A program made the translations under genes and the position numbers. From Octopus sinensis (Eukaryota), in contig NC_043002.1 in the NCBI RefSeq assembly GCF_006345805.1, positions 37,386,001-37,450,000 of the forward strand: a stretch of 64,000 nt of DNA. The letters run 5' to 3'. Below are positions 36,814 to 50,429 of this stretch, one piece after another. Below the pieces are notes generated by a model. That model ran no database searches. It worked only from the letters and a program-made list of their open reading frames with translations, and was not told the DNA's origin. Numbering within the stretch: position 1 is the stretch's first letter; each line of letters starts with the position of its first letter.

Positions 36814-39742
36814 CTGTAACCACAAAATATTTGCATGACTCACTGAGTTTATAAATATTCAACATAAATATTAAGAGGAGACTGAATTTTTACAATTTAT
36901 TAAAGGATAATTGTAAGAATTCTATAGTGTAAGGAGTACCAGAAATGACTTTTGAACTGTAATGGCAATGTGTATGTTGCTATGCCAGGGCTGAACTATA
37001 AATACAATCCAATGAATTATAATCTGAAAATATTGTTGTTGTTGTTGTGTTGCCCAATATCATCCTGATTGAGTAGATGTTTAATCAAAGATATTCCAGT
37101 CATGACTATCCTGCCTTTTATTTAGACGTATTACCTCTAAGATTAAAGTATCAAGTATCTCCTTTTATTTTAGAAGTGAGTGTAGATGGCCGGTCAAATG
37201 ACCACTTAGAGACTCCCTAATTATCTCATCAAATAACGATATTCTAAAGATACATATATATATATATACACACATGTATATGTAAAGAAGAAGAGACTAT
37301 AATCAGCAATGGACAATAAAGTATGTTACTTAGAGGCACCTTAATCAGAGACGATGATAAAATAAGTGATGTCATAGAAACTAGATACAGTAACAGCTGG
37401 AAAGCAACTTGCTTCCAGGCATTAGCTTTTGACTATCTCTTGACAAGATTCTCTTTCCTTAAGGAAAGTGGCCAATATTGAATTTATATTTATAGGGTAA
37501 TATGACATAGCTATAAAAGTAGAGGATCCAGGAATGATAAAGAAGAAGAAAATCAGTGTAACAGACGGAATATGTGTATGTATGTATGTGTGTGTGTGTA
37601 CATACATACACATGCACTCCGAAGCTAATGAATAGATTGAATATGAAGTATCTTAGAAGACAGCTGGCTCTTAAATACTCCAACTATTGTGTGAAATAAA
37701 GAAACAAGATAGTTTCTCTTTTGTGATGAGAATAGATAATAATTAAGTGAGTAAGCACTGAAGATTGTAATGGTAGATGGCCAAGAGTTGAAAAAGACTG
37801 TGATAGTATGAATATAAAGTGAAAAAGAAGGGTGAAAAGTGCTATAAGGAAAGTATTATTTCTTATTAATAAGAGAAATGACAGTAAACTAGAGAAAGCA
37901 ATAAATATAAGAATATTTGTGTTCTGGTGTCATAAAAAAAGGATAACAATTTTATTAATAAATGAGAGTAAGATATCTGTTCAAAATGACAGGTGAAACC
38001 ATTGATGAATAGTGCATATCAACTACTAAAAATGCAGTTCAACAGCGATATATAAGTACATAGATATTTGTGTCATAAAAAGTAGCTTCTCTGTTACTGG
38101 TTTAATTTAATTTTGTTACTGGTTCATTGAGTAGTTTAACATTAGTTATTAATTTCTTTTTAAATTTACAAAAATGTCAACAATATTTACAAATCATTGA
38201 AAGATTTATATGTAATTATCGTTATTCTAGAAGTTCTTTTAGCATAATATTCATGATAAAAATATAAGACATGTAATTTTTTTTTTTTAATATCATTGAC
38301 AATATATTCAGAATGCTTCTCAATGTAACAACTTTTACTCCATCTCTTTCCATTTTAATTATTTCATTCTCTACTCCCCTGTTTGCCACTCCAGACAGTG
38401 TGATAAACACCTCATCATTCCACTCATTTTCATTTTAATTCTTCTACTCTCTTGCACTCGATTTCTAATTGCTCTTTGATAAACTCCTACTTAAAGATTA
38501 TCTCATTTGCCTGACAGCAAATAAATAGATGTTGCTAATTATTGTGTGTGGATAAGAATTTAGTGTAAGATTCTCAAACTAGACAAATAAACAAATAATA
38601 GCTTCATGACTTGAGGAAAATATCTTATTTGAAGGGCAAAAGAAGCAGCAACAAATAATGATACTTAATATATCAATATGAATACACTTGTTAGAGAGAC
38701 ACATAAGACAGTTGTATACAAAAAATATATATATATTTATTTTATCTTTAGAATCAGGCTATTTTTATTGACTCTTTAGAGACCAGCCCTGCTTCTATTA
38801 TAAAAAAGAATCCCCTACTTTAAAGAGCTCATCTTTGAAGTAAAACCTTCCATCAAAATTTTATGTAAGGACATCTTTATTAAGCTATTATTTCTGATTA
38901 ACAAGAGAAATGGTAATATGTCATGAAAAGCAATGAATATAAGAATGCTAGTGTACCTATATAATAAAAAAAAATAACAACAGTTTTATTACTTCCTTCC
39001 TTCCTTGTTCTTGATTATTTTCGAAATTTATTTAAAGACACAGAAAATGTAGTTTATTAGAAATTTAGCATCAAAAAGGGTTTTAAACTAATTTTTCTGC
39101 ATGGATAAATTTAATAACAGGCTAAGAGTAGAAGTAAGAGTAAAGTTATCTTCTTGAGTCTTACTGACTCATAAGGACTGGTTTCCTGGTTTCATGGTAT
39201 ATATATTTGCCATCTGGATGGGATGCCATTCTGTCACAGGATTGCTCATTTTTGCCAGCAGAGAGTAATGGAGCAATGTGAAATGAAGTGTCTTGCTCAA
39301 GAGCACATGTTGCCTGGTCCAGGAATTGAAACCACAATTTTATGATCATGAGTCTAACTCCTAAGCTATATGCCTATGCCTCCACAACAGTTTAAGTATA
39401 CAGAGTATGAGAACAACTTTGTCTTATTCTGTATAGGTAGAACTATGAAGACACTCATAGTCATTATTACATAAAACTACAATTTTTACTATATAAACAG
39501 TGTTATATAAGCTTGAAAATCTGAGTTCAAATCATATTATCATGTGTTATGATTATATGTGATAGTTCAACCCCCATGATTTAACCAATTTAGTCTAATC
39601 CCCATGGTTTAACCATGCTATTGTGAACTTAATATGGATGAGACTTGTATATTTATAAATTGCTGAAGAATCTGTCCATGATCCTTATTTCAAAACTTGA
39701 GACTGAAAAGCACCAATAAAATAACCTTAAAATTTCAATAAA

Positions 39743-39785
<43 letters not shown>

Positions 39786-40150
39786 ACTTTGACGTTATGG
39801 TTGAATGGTCGGCAATAGAAGGTACCTTTGGCAAAAAAAAACAAAAAAACAAAAAAAAAACGAAAGAACATTGAGATCAAAAATTGAGAGATATATCTGA
39901 ATTTGCAGGTCTACCACATCTACATGAGTATCAATAAATGGAAAAGAAATATGACAAATATTTATCAAATGATACAATAGCACTTAAGATTATTTTTAGT
40001 GCTTTAGCAAAAGGGCTTCAGAAGAGAAAAATAAGTGTTTATGATACATTCTTGACTCTCCTAATGAGGCTTAGATATTAGATACTAAGGCTTAAATATT
40101 TGATATAATTAGATATTTCTAATCATAAATTACCTAATTATTTAACCTTA

Positions 40151-40371
40151 TAGTAACTCCTCACCATATCGGGGTTCATCTATTGCGGTTCACCTATCAC
40201 AGTTTATTATTTAAGCTTACGTCAATTCCTGCATTTATAATAAAATAAATATATACAAATTATAAAAATAATTAAAAAAATACATAGTACAGTACTGTTT
40301 CTACTTTGCAGAGTTTCACCTGTCACAGGAGGGTTTGGGACATAACACCTGCAATAGTCGAGGGATTACTG
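40151..40371. mobile_element. Tigger/pogo-like MITE
   Basis: Ends TAGTAACTCCTC / reverse complement CAGTAATCCCTC, TA flanks. Homologous to 42460-42792. Confidence 0.8.
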
Positions 40372-40737
40372 TATGAATCTATTTCAGGTTTACAACTGTT
40401 TGCCAACTGATTTGATCGGAGCTGGTGCATCTCAGTAACACAGTATTTTACGAAGAGTCAAAAAGTTTCTTTGGATTTCTATAAGTTTGTCACTGACAGA
40501 ATGATAAATATGTATAATTATAAGCAAATCATATGGGATTTTATAATCATCACTTTGAGACAGAAAAGAGCAACCACCCCACAGGTGGGATTGAACCAAA
40601 TATTTATTTTATTGCCAAATGACCACTCTGTTATTGAGTACCTTCTGTTCTTATCAGTCAAATTGCATACTATAAATGTTACTGGTACTAATTATCCTTC
40701 CTACCTCCATAAACATCTCACTTACTTCAGAAATAAT

Positions 40738-41163
40738 GGATCTTTTCAGTTTGAACGACAGTTTTTCTAGTGGTGTCATATGAAATTGTCACCCATAATT
40801 ATGACCCTAGTATTGATCTACTGCATTTCAATCTTGTTTTAGGGTTAGGGTTAGTTAGGGTTAGGGTTGGGGGGAAGGGAATCTTTTTTCTTCAGAAATG
40901 TAAATAAACCCAATCTGTTTCTTAAATGAGGGACATATTCATACGGCACAGAATGTTCTCGCCTCAATAGACATCATTGATTGGTTGAAATTGCAGAAAT
41001 TGAAGACAAAAAACAACAAATATCTTACAAACTATAGAATTTTCTCAATAAAGCCAAGAGAAAAAGATGTTTTATAAACACATTCTACCGGTATACGAAG
41101 GTTAAAAGTGTTTAGTTACGTGGAAATTATTTTAAGAAACTGCCGTTCAAACCGAAAAGATCC
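40738..41163. mobile_element. Non-autonomous DNA transposon with GG termini and an 8-bp TSD (Merlin-like), containing TTAGGG repeats
   Basis: TIR GGATCTTTTC(A/G)GTTTGAACG(A/G)CAGTTT at both ends. Exact TSD GAAATAAT at 40730-37 and 41164-71. (TTAGGG)-type run at 40839-40866. Confidence 0.85.
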
Positions 41164-42459
41164 GAAATAATTTATCAGCTATTCAGCCATGGTAGTTAAT
41201 TAAGGTAATTTATAAATGTTTAACATTGGAACTATCGTTTCTTTGGTTTGATGTTTATGATGCGAATTAACCCAAGAATGTGAGCACATTGCAAATTAAC
41301 AGTTTCATATAAATGATGCATTATAAACACCAATTTTAGGTGGAAAAAGAACACCATATCAACCAGTAGAATTTGAACCATAAAGCTATCACTTGCCAGG
41401 TGGCACTATTACTACTGAACATCTGCCATTTCTCTCTTTGCAAATTAGATTCTATAAATATTTGTTTCTGCTGTTTTAACTTTACTATTTTATCTTTCAT
41501 TTCTATGACTCTAGAAAAGCTCAGACCATGATCCACCCAGTGGGCTGGTCATGATTGGATGGTCTTTGTTGTTTGGAAGATTTATAAGATTGTGTGAAAA
41601 AATTGGGAAGAATTGATATAGACATAAAATAATTAATAACCTTCACAAGATAAATTGCCAGTATCATATATGACATTCCAGTAGCTATAATTGCTATTAT
41701 ACTTCTTGTCATTATTTTTAAATATCAGTGGGAGTTGTCATGAAAAGATTCTTCTTTTCTTTTACTGCATTCAGCTATTGAATAGTGGTCATGCCTAGGA
41801 AACACCTTTCAAAATTTAGTTGATTATATTCATCTTAAAGTTTTGTTTGGTATTTAATTTATCAATCTCAGAGGAGGGAAGAAAGAAAAGCTGACCAAGT
41901 GTAAAGGAAGGCAGTTAAGTTGGATTAAAATACTTGGAACTATTTTACTTTGATATACTAATTTTACCATTCCACACTGATGTATACACAAATACACACA
42001 CAAGTACATACACAAATATATGTACACACATACATACAAACACATGCACTGATACATATGAATACATACATATACATACATCTGATGAGTTTTGGTAGAG
42101 ATTTTGCTTACCACATTTACTTCACAAGGCATTAGCCAATCAGACTATTGTTTGAAATTAATTGCCCAACTGGCTGCTTAGTAGGATAAAAGATTGAAAC
42201 TATGTTATGTGAAGTGAACTTTTTAACCATACTGTGATATCTTATGAAAATTGTAATTACTAATAATAACTCTCCACCACAAGTTCCAGCCCTTGTTGTG
42301 GTGGGTTGTATGTCTCAATGACTCTGAGAATTATGCCAGTAGGATACAAACTCCTGGGAGGGTCTCCCATGCTGGATAGGTCAAAAGATAGATGCCACGG
42401 TAATATAGACCACTTATTTTCAGAGACCAATTGCTAGTTATTGTTCCAACCAATAAATA

Positions 42460-42792
42460 CAATAATCTCTCACCATACCGTGGTTCACCTATTGCAGTTT
42501 ATTATTAAAGCTTATGTGAATTCCTCCATGGTGTTGTTTTGCATTTATGATAAAATAAATATATACAAATTATAAAAATAATAAAAAATAATATACAGTG
42601 AAAATATAAACAAATTATAAAAAACAATATAAAAAAATTATAAAAATAATAAAAAACAATATTAAAAAATTATAAAAATAATAAAAAGTAATATACAGTG
42701 AAAATCCGCAAAGTGCTGTTTCTACTTTGCGGATTTTCACCTATCATGGGGTATTTTGGAACATAACACCCGTGATAGTTGAGGGATTACTG
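42460..42792. mobile_element. Tigger/pogo-like MITE with an expanded internal A-rich minisatellite
   Basis: Ends CAATAATCTCTC / reverse complement CAGTAATCCCTC, TA flanks, same body as 40151-40371. Confidence 0.8.
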
Positions 42793-43123
42793 TAACCCAC
42801 TACACTGCAACTCAATCTGGCAGAAACAGTAGCTAAAATATACCTTAAACCACGCCTACCTTCTTAAACAGCGAACATAATGGATAATGCAGTGTGTAAA
42901 AAAGATAAGAAAACTAAAACAAATGAAATGGTCACAGCTGGAATGCATTTGATTAAGATTGATTTGCAATAAACAATAAGAACAACAATAACGAGACAAT
43001 GTTGTTAATAGATATCACTCCAGTATTCAATACTGGGGAAGACTTATTGCATGTTTTTAACATGAATCCAATGGTAAATATTGGCCACTGTAAACAAATC
43101 ATCTTGGTTCAAGAGCTATTTAA

Positions 43124-43740
43124 CCCTTTTGCATAGACATTGTTCTGTCAAAAATAATGCCTATTTATTCTCATTGTTTTGTATTAATCATGCATCATGT
43201 ATATAGGCGCAGGAGTGGCTGTGTGGTAAGTAGCTTGCTTACCAACCACATTGTTCTGGGTTCAGTCTCACTGCGTGGTACCTTGGGCAAGTGTCTTCTA
43301 CTATAGCCTCGGGCCGACCAAAGCCTTGTGAGTGAATTTGGCAGATGGAACCTGAAAGAAGCCCGTCGTATATATGTATATGTATATATGTGTGTGTTTG
43401 TGTGTCTGTGTTTACCCCCACCAACATTGCCTGATAACCGATGCTGGTGTGTTTATGTCCCCTGTAATGTAGTGGTTTGGCAAAAGAGAGACCGATAGAA
43501 TAAGCACTAGGCTTACAAAGAATAAGTCCTGGGGTCGATTTGCTTGACTAAAGGTGGTGCTCCAGCATGGCCACAGTCAAATGACTGAAACAAGTAAAAG
43601 AGTAAAAGAGTATGTTGTAGCTTTAAGAATTTGAAGAGGTAACTTAATTTTTAGAATGATAATTTAGGGTTGGTGTGAGAGGCCAGATCTGGTCAGTTTG
43701 ATCATCAGACTGAGTAGTTAGATACGCCTGGTTTAAACAG
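43124..43740. mobile_element. piggyBac-like MITE interrupted by a full-length SINE B (43206-43610)
   Basis: TTAA|CCCTTT start. The MITE sequence resumes after the SINE (TGTAGCTTTAAG...GTGTGAGAGGCCAGATCTGG). Confidence 0.75.
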
Positions 43741-44473
43741 AATAAAAAATAAGTACCATTTATAGAAAAAGGCTTCAAAGGCATGAAGTGCTCAGGAGAA
43801 ACTGATAACATTCCTTGCTGTACTATTGGTTGATTATGGATTATAGAAGACACTTGACTAAAGTGCCATGCAGTGGGATTGAACCAAAAACCATGTGGTT
43901 GGGATTTTAACTTCTCAGCCACATAACCATGTGTATTGCAATCTCAGATAAACAAAGAAGACCCAAAATAAAACCAGTTAATTAATTAACTAATTAATTT
44001 GACTATTGGACTTGTTTCTTATGTGTGTCCAAGCTTCAGCAGGGTGTGACCTAGACTTATGAGATGGATCATAAAGAATCAGAATTTAGTTCATAAATGT
44101 CTTCCTATCACAACACAACATTTTTTTTATGAATAAAAGACATTATATTTTCAGTTAAATTCCACCATACTTCATGATCAATCTGACAGAAAAGTGTGAG
44201 TCCTTACTGAAAAATCAGCGCTGAGTTGAATAAAAGATAAATCTAATCCATACATTTATTTTAATATGTGCCTCAGTTATTGATTTGTGTACCACTCTAT
44301 GCAACACAAAAATTCATTCCATCCCTCCTTCCCTCTCACACCCTCTCTCTGTACACACACACACACTTGCACACAAGGTAACACACACATATATCCAGAC
44401 ATTGCACATACACACGAAAACACATACATTCATATAGATATATGAAGGTGGAAATGGGATATTGCTGTAATCA

Positions 44474-44539
44474 TGAACAGTAACAGCAGCAACAACAGCA
44501 GCAGCAGCAACAACAATAACAACAACAACAACAAGAGTG
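44474..44539. repeat. (CAA/CAG)n trinucleotide repeat
   Basis: Directly visible, about 55 bp upstream of the 44593 acceptor. Confidence 0.9.
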
Positions 44540-44592
44540 ACAGAAATGCTGACATTGTTTTCCTATGTAAGCTTCATATATCTTTGAAACAG

Positions 44593-44708
44593 ACGTGTAG
44601 ACCAAATCAAATCGATGATAAACGGCAGAAGGAATTTGATAATGAGTGGATATAAGAAATGTATCTACAGAGAGATAATGATGACAGGAAATCGATATAG
44701 TCCTAAGG
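44593..44708 (+). CDS. Candidate exon, phase 2-1 (RVDQIKSMINGRRNLIMSGYKKCIYREIMMTGNRYSPK)
   Basis: Acceptor atatctttgaaacag, strong donor AAGG|gtgagt, a single open frame of 38 codons. Confidence 0.7.
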
Positions 44709-45089
44709 GTGAGTGTATGGTAGGATGCTGGTAACATTTTTTTGTGGGAAATTGCTTTGTATATATTTGATACATTTAGCAAAAACAAAAAAAAAAGGGG
44801 GAAAGAAAAGAAAGATAAATCAAACAACGAAATCATTCTTACAAAAAAACCTAACTAACAACAAAGAGCTGTAAAGAAAATGTAATAAGTCACATATATT
44901 AGACTAGTTTGTTTGATGTTAATAGTTGAATCTTTCAAAATAAGCATGAGAACAAATAAATACTAAGATGGTATATGCAAACTAATACTGAATAAACTTT
45001 TTGACCAATGAATGTGTTGTGAGTGGAATTTGGTAGACAGAAACTGTGTGGGAGTCTAAAATCTCTCTCTCTTACTCTATCTATCTATC

Positions 45090-45201
<112 letters not shown>

Positions 45202-45204
45202 TTA

Positions 45205-45599
45205 GGTGCAGGAGTGGCTGTGTGCTAAGTAGCTTACTTACCAACCACATGGTTCTGGGTTCAGTGGCGCCTTGGGCAAGTGTCTTCTACTATAGCCTCG
45301 GGCCAACTAAAGCCTTGTGAGTGGATTTGGTAGACAGAAACTGAAAGAAGCTCGTCATATATATGTATATGTATGTATGAATGAATGTATATGTCTGTGT
45401 GCTTGTGTTTTGTCCCTACCAACATCGCTTGACAACTGATGCTGATGTGTTTACGTCTCCATCACTTAGCAGTTCAGCAAGAAGAACTAATAGAATAAGT
45501 ACTAGGCTTACAAAGAATAAGTCCTGGGGTTGATTTGCTCGATTAAAGGTGGTGCTCCAGCATGGCCGCAGTCAAATGACTAAAACAAATAAAAGAATA
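45205..45599 (+). mobile_element. SINE family B
   Basis: Colinear full-length copy following a (TA)n array and an older B-like fragment at 45020-45060. Confidence 0.9.
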
Positions 45600-45651
<52 letters not shown>

Positions 45652-46016
45652 TGTATATACACACACAAACACACATACATGTATAAAAATAAAAGTTCTT
45701 GGTAGTATACAGTAAAAAATATTAATAATGATAGAAAACTTAACCAAAAGTAACGGAGATATTTGGTCATGTATTTATTTATATGCAAATATAAAATGTC
45801 TAGATTTTCTTCAGAAAATGGTAGAATATTGCTTAAATCCTTTAATTCTGTTTACTATTTTATTTATAAAATTTTTGTTGTGGTATTGTTGGTGTCTGGT
45901 ACTGGAGAGACAATTTTGGCAAAGATTAACTGTTGTATCATTTCCCTAGGAAAATCCCAATGTTTTGTGACTATATAAAGAAAAGATAACTCCAATATTT
46001 CTAAGTTCCAGTATTA

Positions 46017-46019
46017 ATG

Positions 46020-46050
<31 letters not shown>

Positions 46051-46120
46051 TATATATATATATAATATATATATATATATCTATATATATATATATACAT
46101 ATACATATGTGTGTGTGTAT

Positions 46121-46195
<75 letters not shown>

Positions 46196-46227
46196 CACAC
46201 ATATATATATATATATACATATACATA

Positions 46228-46275
<48 letters not shown>
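46017..46275. repeat. (TA)n-rich compound microsatellite with an internal ~120-bp duplication
   Basis: Directly visible. Confidence 0.9.
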
Positions 46276-46277
<2 letters not shown>

Positions 46278-46513
46278 GATAAAGAGAAGAGTGGTAGAGA
46301 ACAGAAAGAGAATTGATGCACAAACACCCCAAAATATAGCTCCAGTAATTAAAAGCTCAATAGACATATTTATGGAATTAATGTTTTTCACAAATGAAAC
46401 AGCTGTAGAGTACAAGTAAATTACAAACTATGTTTGAAATTTAAGCCTTTCTGATTTTCATATCACATATACACACACATATGTTTATAAATATATATAT
46501 GTATATTTATATA

Positions 46514-46850
46514 TCATCATCGTCATCATTATCATCATTGTATAATGTCTGCCTTCCATGCTGGCATGGGTGTGATGGTTTGATAAGAGCTGTCCAGGCA
46601 GAAGCCTGCACCAGACTTTTGTAACTGTTTTGGCAGGATTTTTACAGCTGGATGCCGTTCCTAACACCAACTACTTAGCAGATTAGACTTAGTGCTTTTT
46701 ACATAGTACAAGCACAGGCAGGGTCAGTTTTGGTAAGGATTTTACAGCTGGATGCCCTTCCAAACGTCAACCACTTTACAGTGTGGACTGGGTGCTTTTA
46801 AGTGGCACCTACACTGACAGGGTCATCAAGTACTTGCAAGACAAATAAAA
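46514..46850 (-). mobile_element. SINE family D with internal duplications
   Basis: TTTTACAGCTGGATGCC occurs twice and GTGCTTTT units are interspersed. Confidence 0.7.
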
Positions 46851-46863
46851 ACAAAACAAAAAC

Positions 46864-46896
<33 letters not shown>

Positions 46897-46897
<1 letters not shown>

Positions 46898-47395
46898 AAC
46901 TTAGATAAACTTTCGACCAAAGGTTGGTCCAGGCCATGTCTAACTTAATAGCACCGCCTGATAGGATTATCTGAAACCTGTTTAAGTCAAGTTTTGTTTA
47001 TGGTCCATTCAATTAGTGAGTTTTTGTTGGGTGAGTTGTATCCAATTATGGGTGGCTTATCTGGTATTCCTTGAAGGAATCTATCCAGACTCCGTTTAAA
47101 GTTGATGGGATCCTTTTCCTCTTTGATCTCTTTCGGTACAGTGTTAAATAGGGCAGGGCCTGTTGAGGAAAAGAAATTATGTTGCAGTGTACATGTATGC
47201 TGTGATCTTGAATTGGGCAGGGGATGTATGGCCCGTGGTCCCAGGCTTGGATGACCCTTGAAGCTAATGTTCAGGTCGTTTGGGCAAAGTTGGCGGTATA
47301 TTCCCCACATCGTACAAATGATGTACCGCTCACGGCAATGCTGGAGAGAGTAGAGTTTCAAGGTGGTCCCAATAATCGAGAGCAGCCATGCCTTC
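46897..47395 (-). mobile_element. 3' end of a CR1-clade LINE (ORF2 C-terminus plus short 3' UTR)
   Basis: ORF reads LKLYSLQHCRERYII...TGPALFNTVPKEIK...FKRSLDRFLQGIPDKP, matching the CR1 L-x-SL-x-RR-x-R and LFN-x-LP...FK-x-x-LD-x-FL motifs. Confidence 0.85.
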
Positions 47396-47429
47396 AATTC
47401 ATTTAGTGTTTTATTTAAGTTTAGCATAT

Positions 47430-47508
<79 letters not shown>

Positions 47509-49099
47509 TTTACATATATATATAGAGAGAGAGAGTGAGAGAGAGAAAGAAAGAGAGAAGGGAAGAGAGAGGGAGACTTCAGGTATGATTTTATAGAACT
47601 ATCTAATGAAACCTTGTCCCCATGAAATTTAACCTCAAGTATTGAAGCTACACTCTGCATTCCATATTTTTCTAATTTATACTTACAGCTTATTTACTTA
47701 TTTATTTTCCATTCATTTATTAAAATTGCATGGAAAATCTGTATGTCTAACAATTTCATGGAATGTTTTATTTAAGTTTAGCATATGTAAATATATATAT
47801 ATATATATATATGCATATCTGTGTGTGTATAACGTGTGCATAGATAATATATAAATGCATGTGGGTATATATATGTATATGTGTGTGTGTGTGTGTGCGT
47901 GTGCATGCATGTGTATATGTTTATATGCATGTATGTATGTGTATATAATTATATACATATGTATGTATATATGTTTGTATGTATGCCTATATATATATTT
48001 ATATGTATGCATATATGTATGTATGTATGTATTTAGGTTTAAAGAAATATTTTCTTAAAAGTTATTACCTATTTAAAAGAAACTTTATAAAGTAGTCAAT
48101 AACTTAAGAAAATCTTTCTTTAAATATTGTGATTGTATCAAGTATCTTTTGCAAAAACTGTTCAATGTCTCTGTATGTGTAAACAATATTTGTGTTTGTA
48201 TATGCAATTCGGTTTACCTTTCACTGTTTCACAACCAGTGTTGTTAATATGTTTACATTGCAGTAACATAGTGGTGCAGCAAAAAAAAGAGGCAATAAAT
48301 GTAAGTACTAAACTTAAAATAAGCAGTTATTTAATTTGAGTATAACTCCTCAAGGCAGTGCTCCAGTATGGCTACAGACATAACTGATACACATAGAAGA
48401 ATAGAAAAATATAGGAAAAATATTTTTTAAAATTTTATAATTCTCCTTTTGGAATTGGATCTTGAAGCACACAGATGCTTTACATTGGGTTGAAAACTTT
48501 TAAGAGTAAAAGCCTTTGACTTCTATCCAAAAAGGTTTTTCAATTCAATATTTACATGCTATTATTTATAACGTTTATGTGCTTTGAGATCCACTTCCCC
48601 CCCAAAAAAAGAATTATCTCATGTTCTCTCAAAAGTTTATAAATTCTTATGATGTCAAAAACATTTTTTATTTTATTCCAAAAATGAGGCTAGACTTTAC
48701 TTTCATAAATCTTTTCACTCTTTCCATTCAAGCAATCTTGATATCATGGCTCATAATATGCAGAATTTTTCAAATATATTTTTTGGTTATTTTTGTTGGA
48801 ATGCAATAGCTACCAGATTGTGAAATGTCTACCATATTCTAATAGTTTCTATCAAAATATAGCAACTTAAATTAAAAGCATCCATGTTTCTTATGAGACA
48901 ATAGATGTCCAATATAATTTTTACATCAGTTTCTGGAATTATTCTTGCATACATGTGATTCATAAGATATGTTACTGGAGGTTCTAGCATCTGCAGAATG
49001 AGAGAATTCTTCATTTGGGAATTATTCATGAGAAGTGCAAATGGTTATTTAATAATGTTGAAGTTCAATAAACACTCCCAATTCCATGGAGACAAGTAA

Positions 49100-49620
49100 T
49101 ATTTATGGCTTGTTCTTATTTCCTGCCTATTAGTCAACTATTCAATCAATCTATCAATCCATCATTCAAACCAACAATAAATCAGTACATCTATCACATA
49201 ATCTATCATTTAAACACTGAATCATTTAGCCAATTAATCTGTGTGTCAATAAATTCATATCTATCTATCTATCTATCTATCTATCACTCTTTCATTCAAA
49301 TCATCAATAAACCAATGCATCTATATTTTAATCACTCAGTTTTTTAACCAATTAATCTATCAATCAATCAATTTATTGATTTCCTACATATTTTTCTATC
49401 AATCAGTTTCTCAATTAATCTCTCAATCTACATACCAATCTACCCATCAAAACTATTTACCTATCAAGCTGTCAATTACTCAATCAAGCAATCAGTCAAT
49501 CTACCATTCAAACAATCTATCGCTATGTCTATCTAACAATAAATCAATATCTTAATCAACATATGAATCAGTTAGTCAATCAATCAGTCAATCAATCATT
49601 CATTCCATAAAATCAGTTTG
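49100..49620. repeat. Decayed (TCAA/TCTA)n low-complexity tract
   Basis: Dense ATCAATC and ATCTATC words over about 500 bp. Confidence 0.7.
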
Positions 49621-50290
49621 TGTGTTAGTAATACCTCTCTGATTCCCCTGGAGAAAATATATCAATATGTCTGAGATCAGGGATACAAGTGTTGAATTTT
49701 ATAGTATTCATTTTTGCTATAAAACTGCCCTCTATTTAAAAACTGAAGTTTAATAAGCATAAAAAGAAATCAAAATCTCTATACATAAAAAGTCAAGTCA
49801 TGTGTCACGTTCATTCTATTGTTTTACTGGCTTCCTGTCATGCTAAAGAAATGTGGAAAGAGAAAGCATTGGCTATACTGAAAGAGATGGAATATATAGA
49901 AAGAGTGTATTTTAAAGAGAAGCAGATTAGATAAATAAATTTGATAGGTGGCTGAGTAATAGTGTGAGAAAGAGAGACAGAAGAGGGGGAGAGAGAGAAA
50001 TAGTATGTAATTACCTAACAGTCAGGTAAACAGACTGTAAAAAATAAGGAGTGGAAGAAAATTAAAAAAGCAGAGATGGTGTTAGAGAAAAGGGATAGAA
50101 AGAAGAGAGCTCTACCAGAGACATAATTAATTTGTGGCACTCCCCCACCCAGTGACCCTGCTCTGAGTTTCCTGTGTGCATTAGTATGAGTATATGAGCT
50201 TCTATGAATAAATGCAGTGGCACACACTTAGACACTCAATGGGCTGTTTACAGATTATTAACTATTTAACTTCAAAATCAAATTTCATAG

Positions 50291-50429
50291 TTATTCCTGT
50301 AATGATGGAATTGGTATTTTCTGCAAGTCACGTTGCTTCAATAAACATGGCATATCTCAATGAAAAATTCTTTCAAACAAGACATTTCTCAACAAAAGAC
50401 AGATTGGTATATAAAACTACTCTCTACTG
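50291..50429 (+). CDS. Candidate exon, phase 1-2 (VIPVMMELVFSASHVASINMAYLNEKFFQTRHFSTKDRLVYKTTLY[W])
   Basis: Acceptor aaatttcatag, donor TG|gtaaag, a single open frame of 45 codons with a stop just past the donor. Joins 44708. Confidence 0.65.

Noticed and set aside
38222-38410. Minus ORF GVANRGVENEIIKMERDGVKVVTLRS
   Set aside because: Purine-rich upstream sequence with no acceptor, no donor and no motif.
40839-40866. TTAGGG repeats as evidence of a telomere or chromosome fusion site
   Set aside because: Only about 4 units, lying inside a TIR/TSD-bounded transposon.
48829-48985. Minus-strand acceptor ttctctcattctgcag followed by MLEPPVTYLMNHMY...
   Set aside because: No clear donor, no partner exons and background-level AT content.
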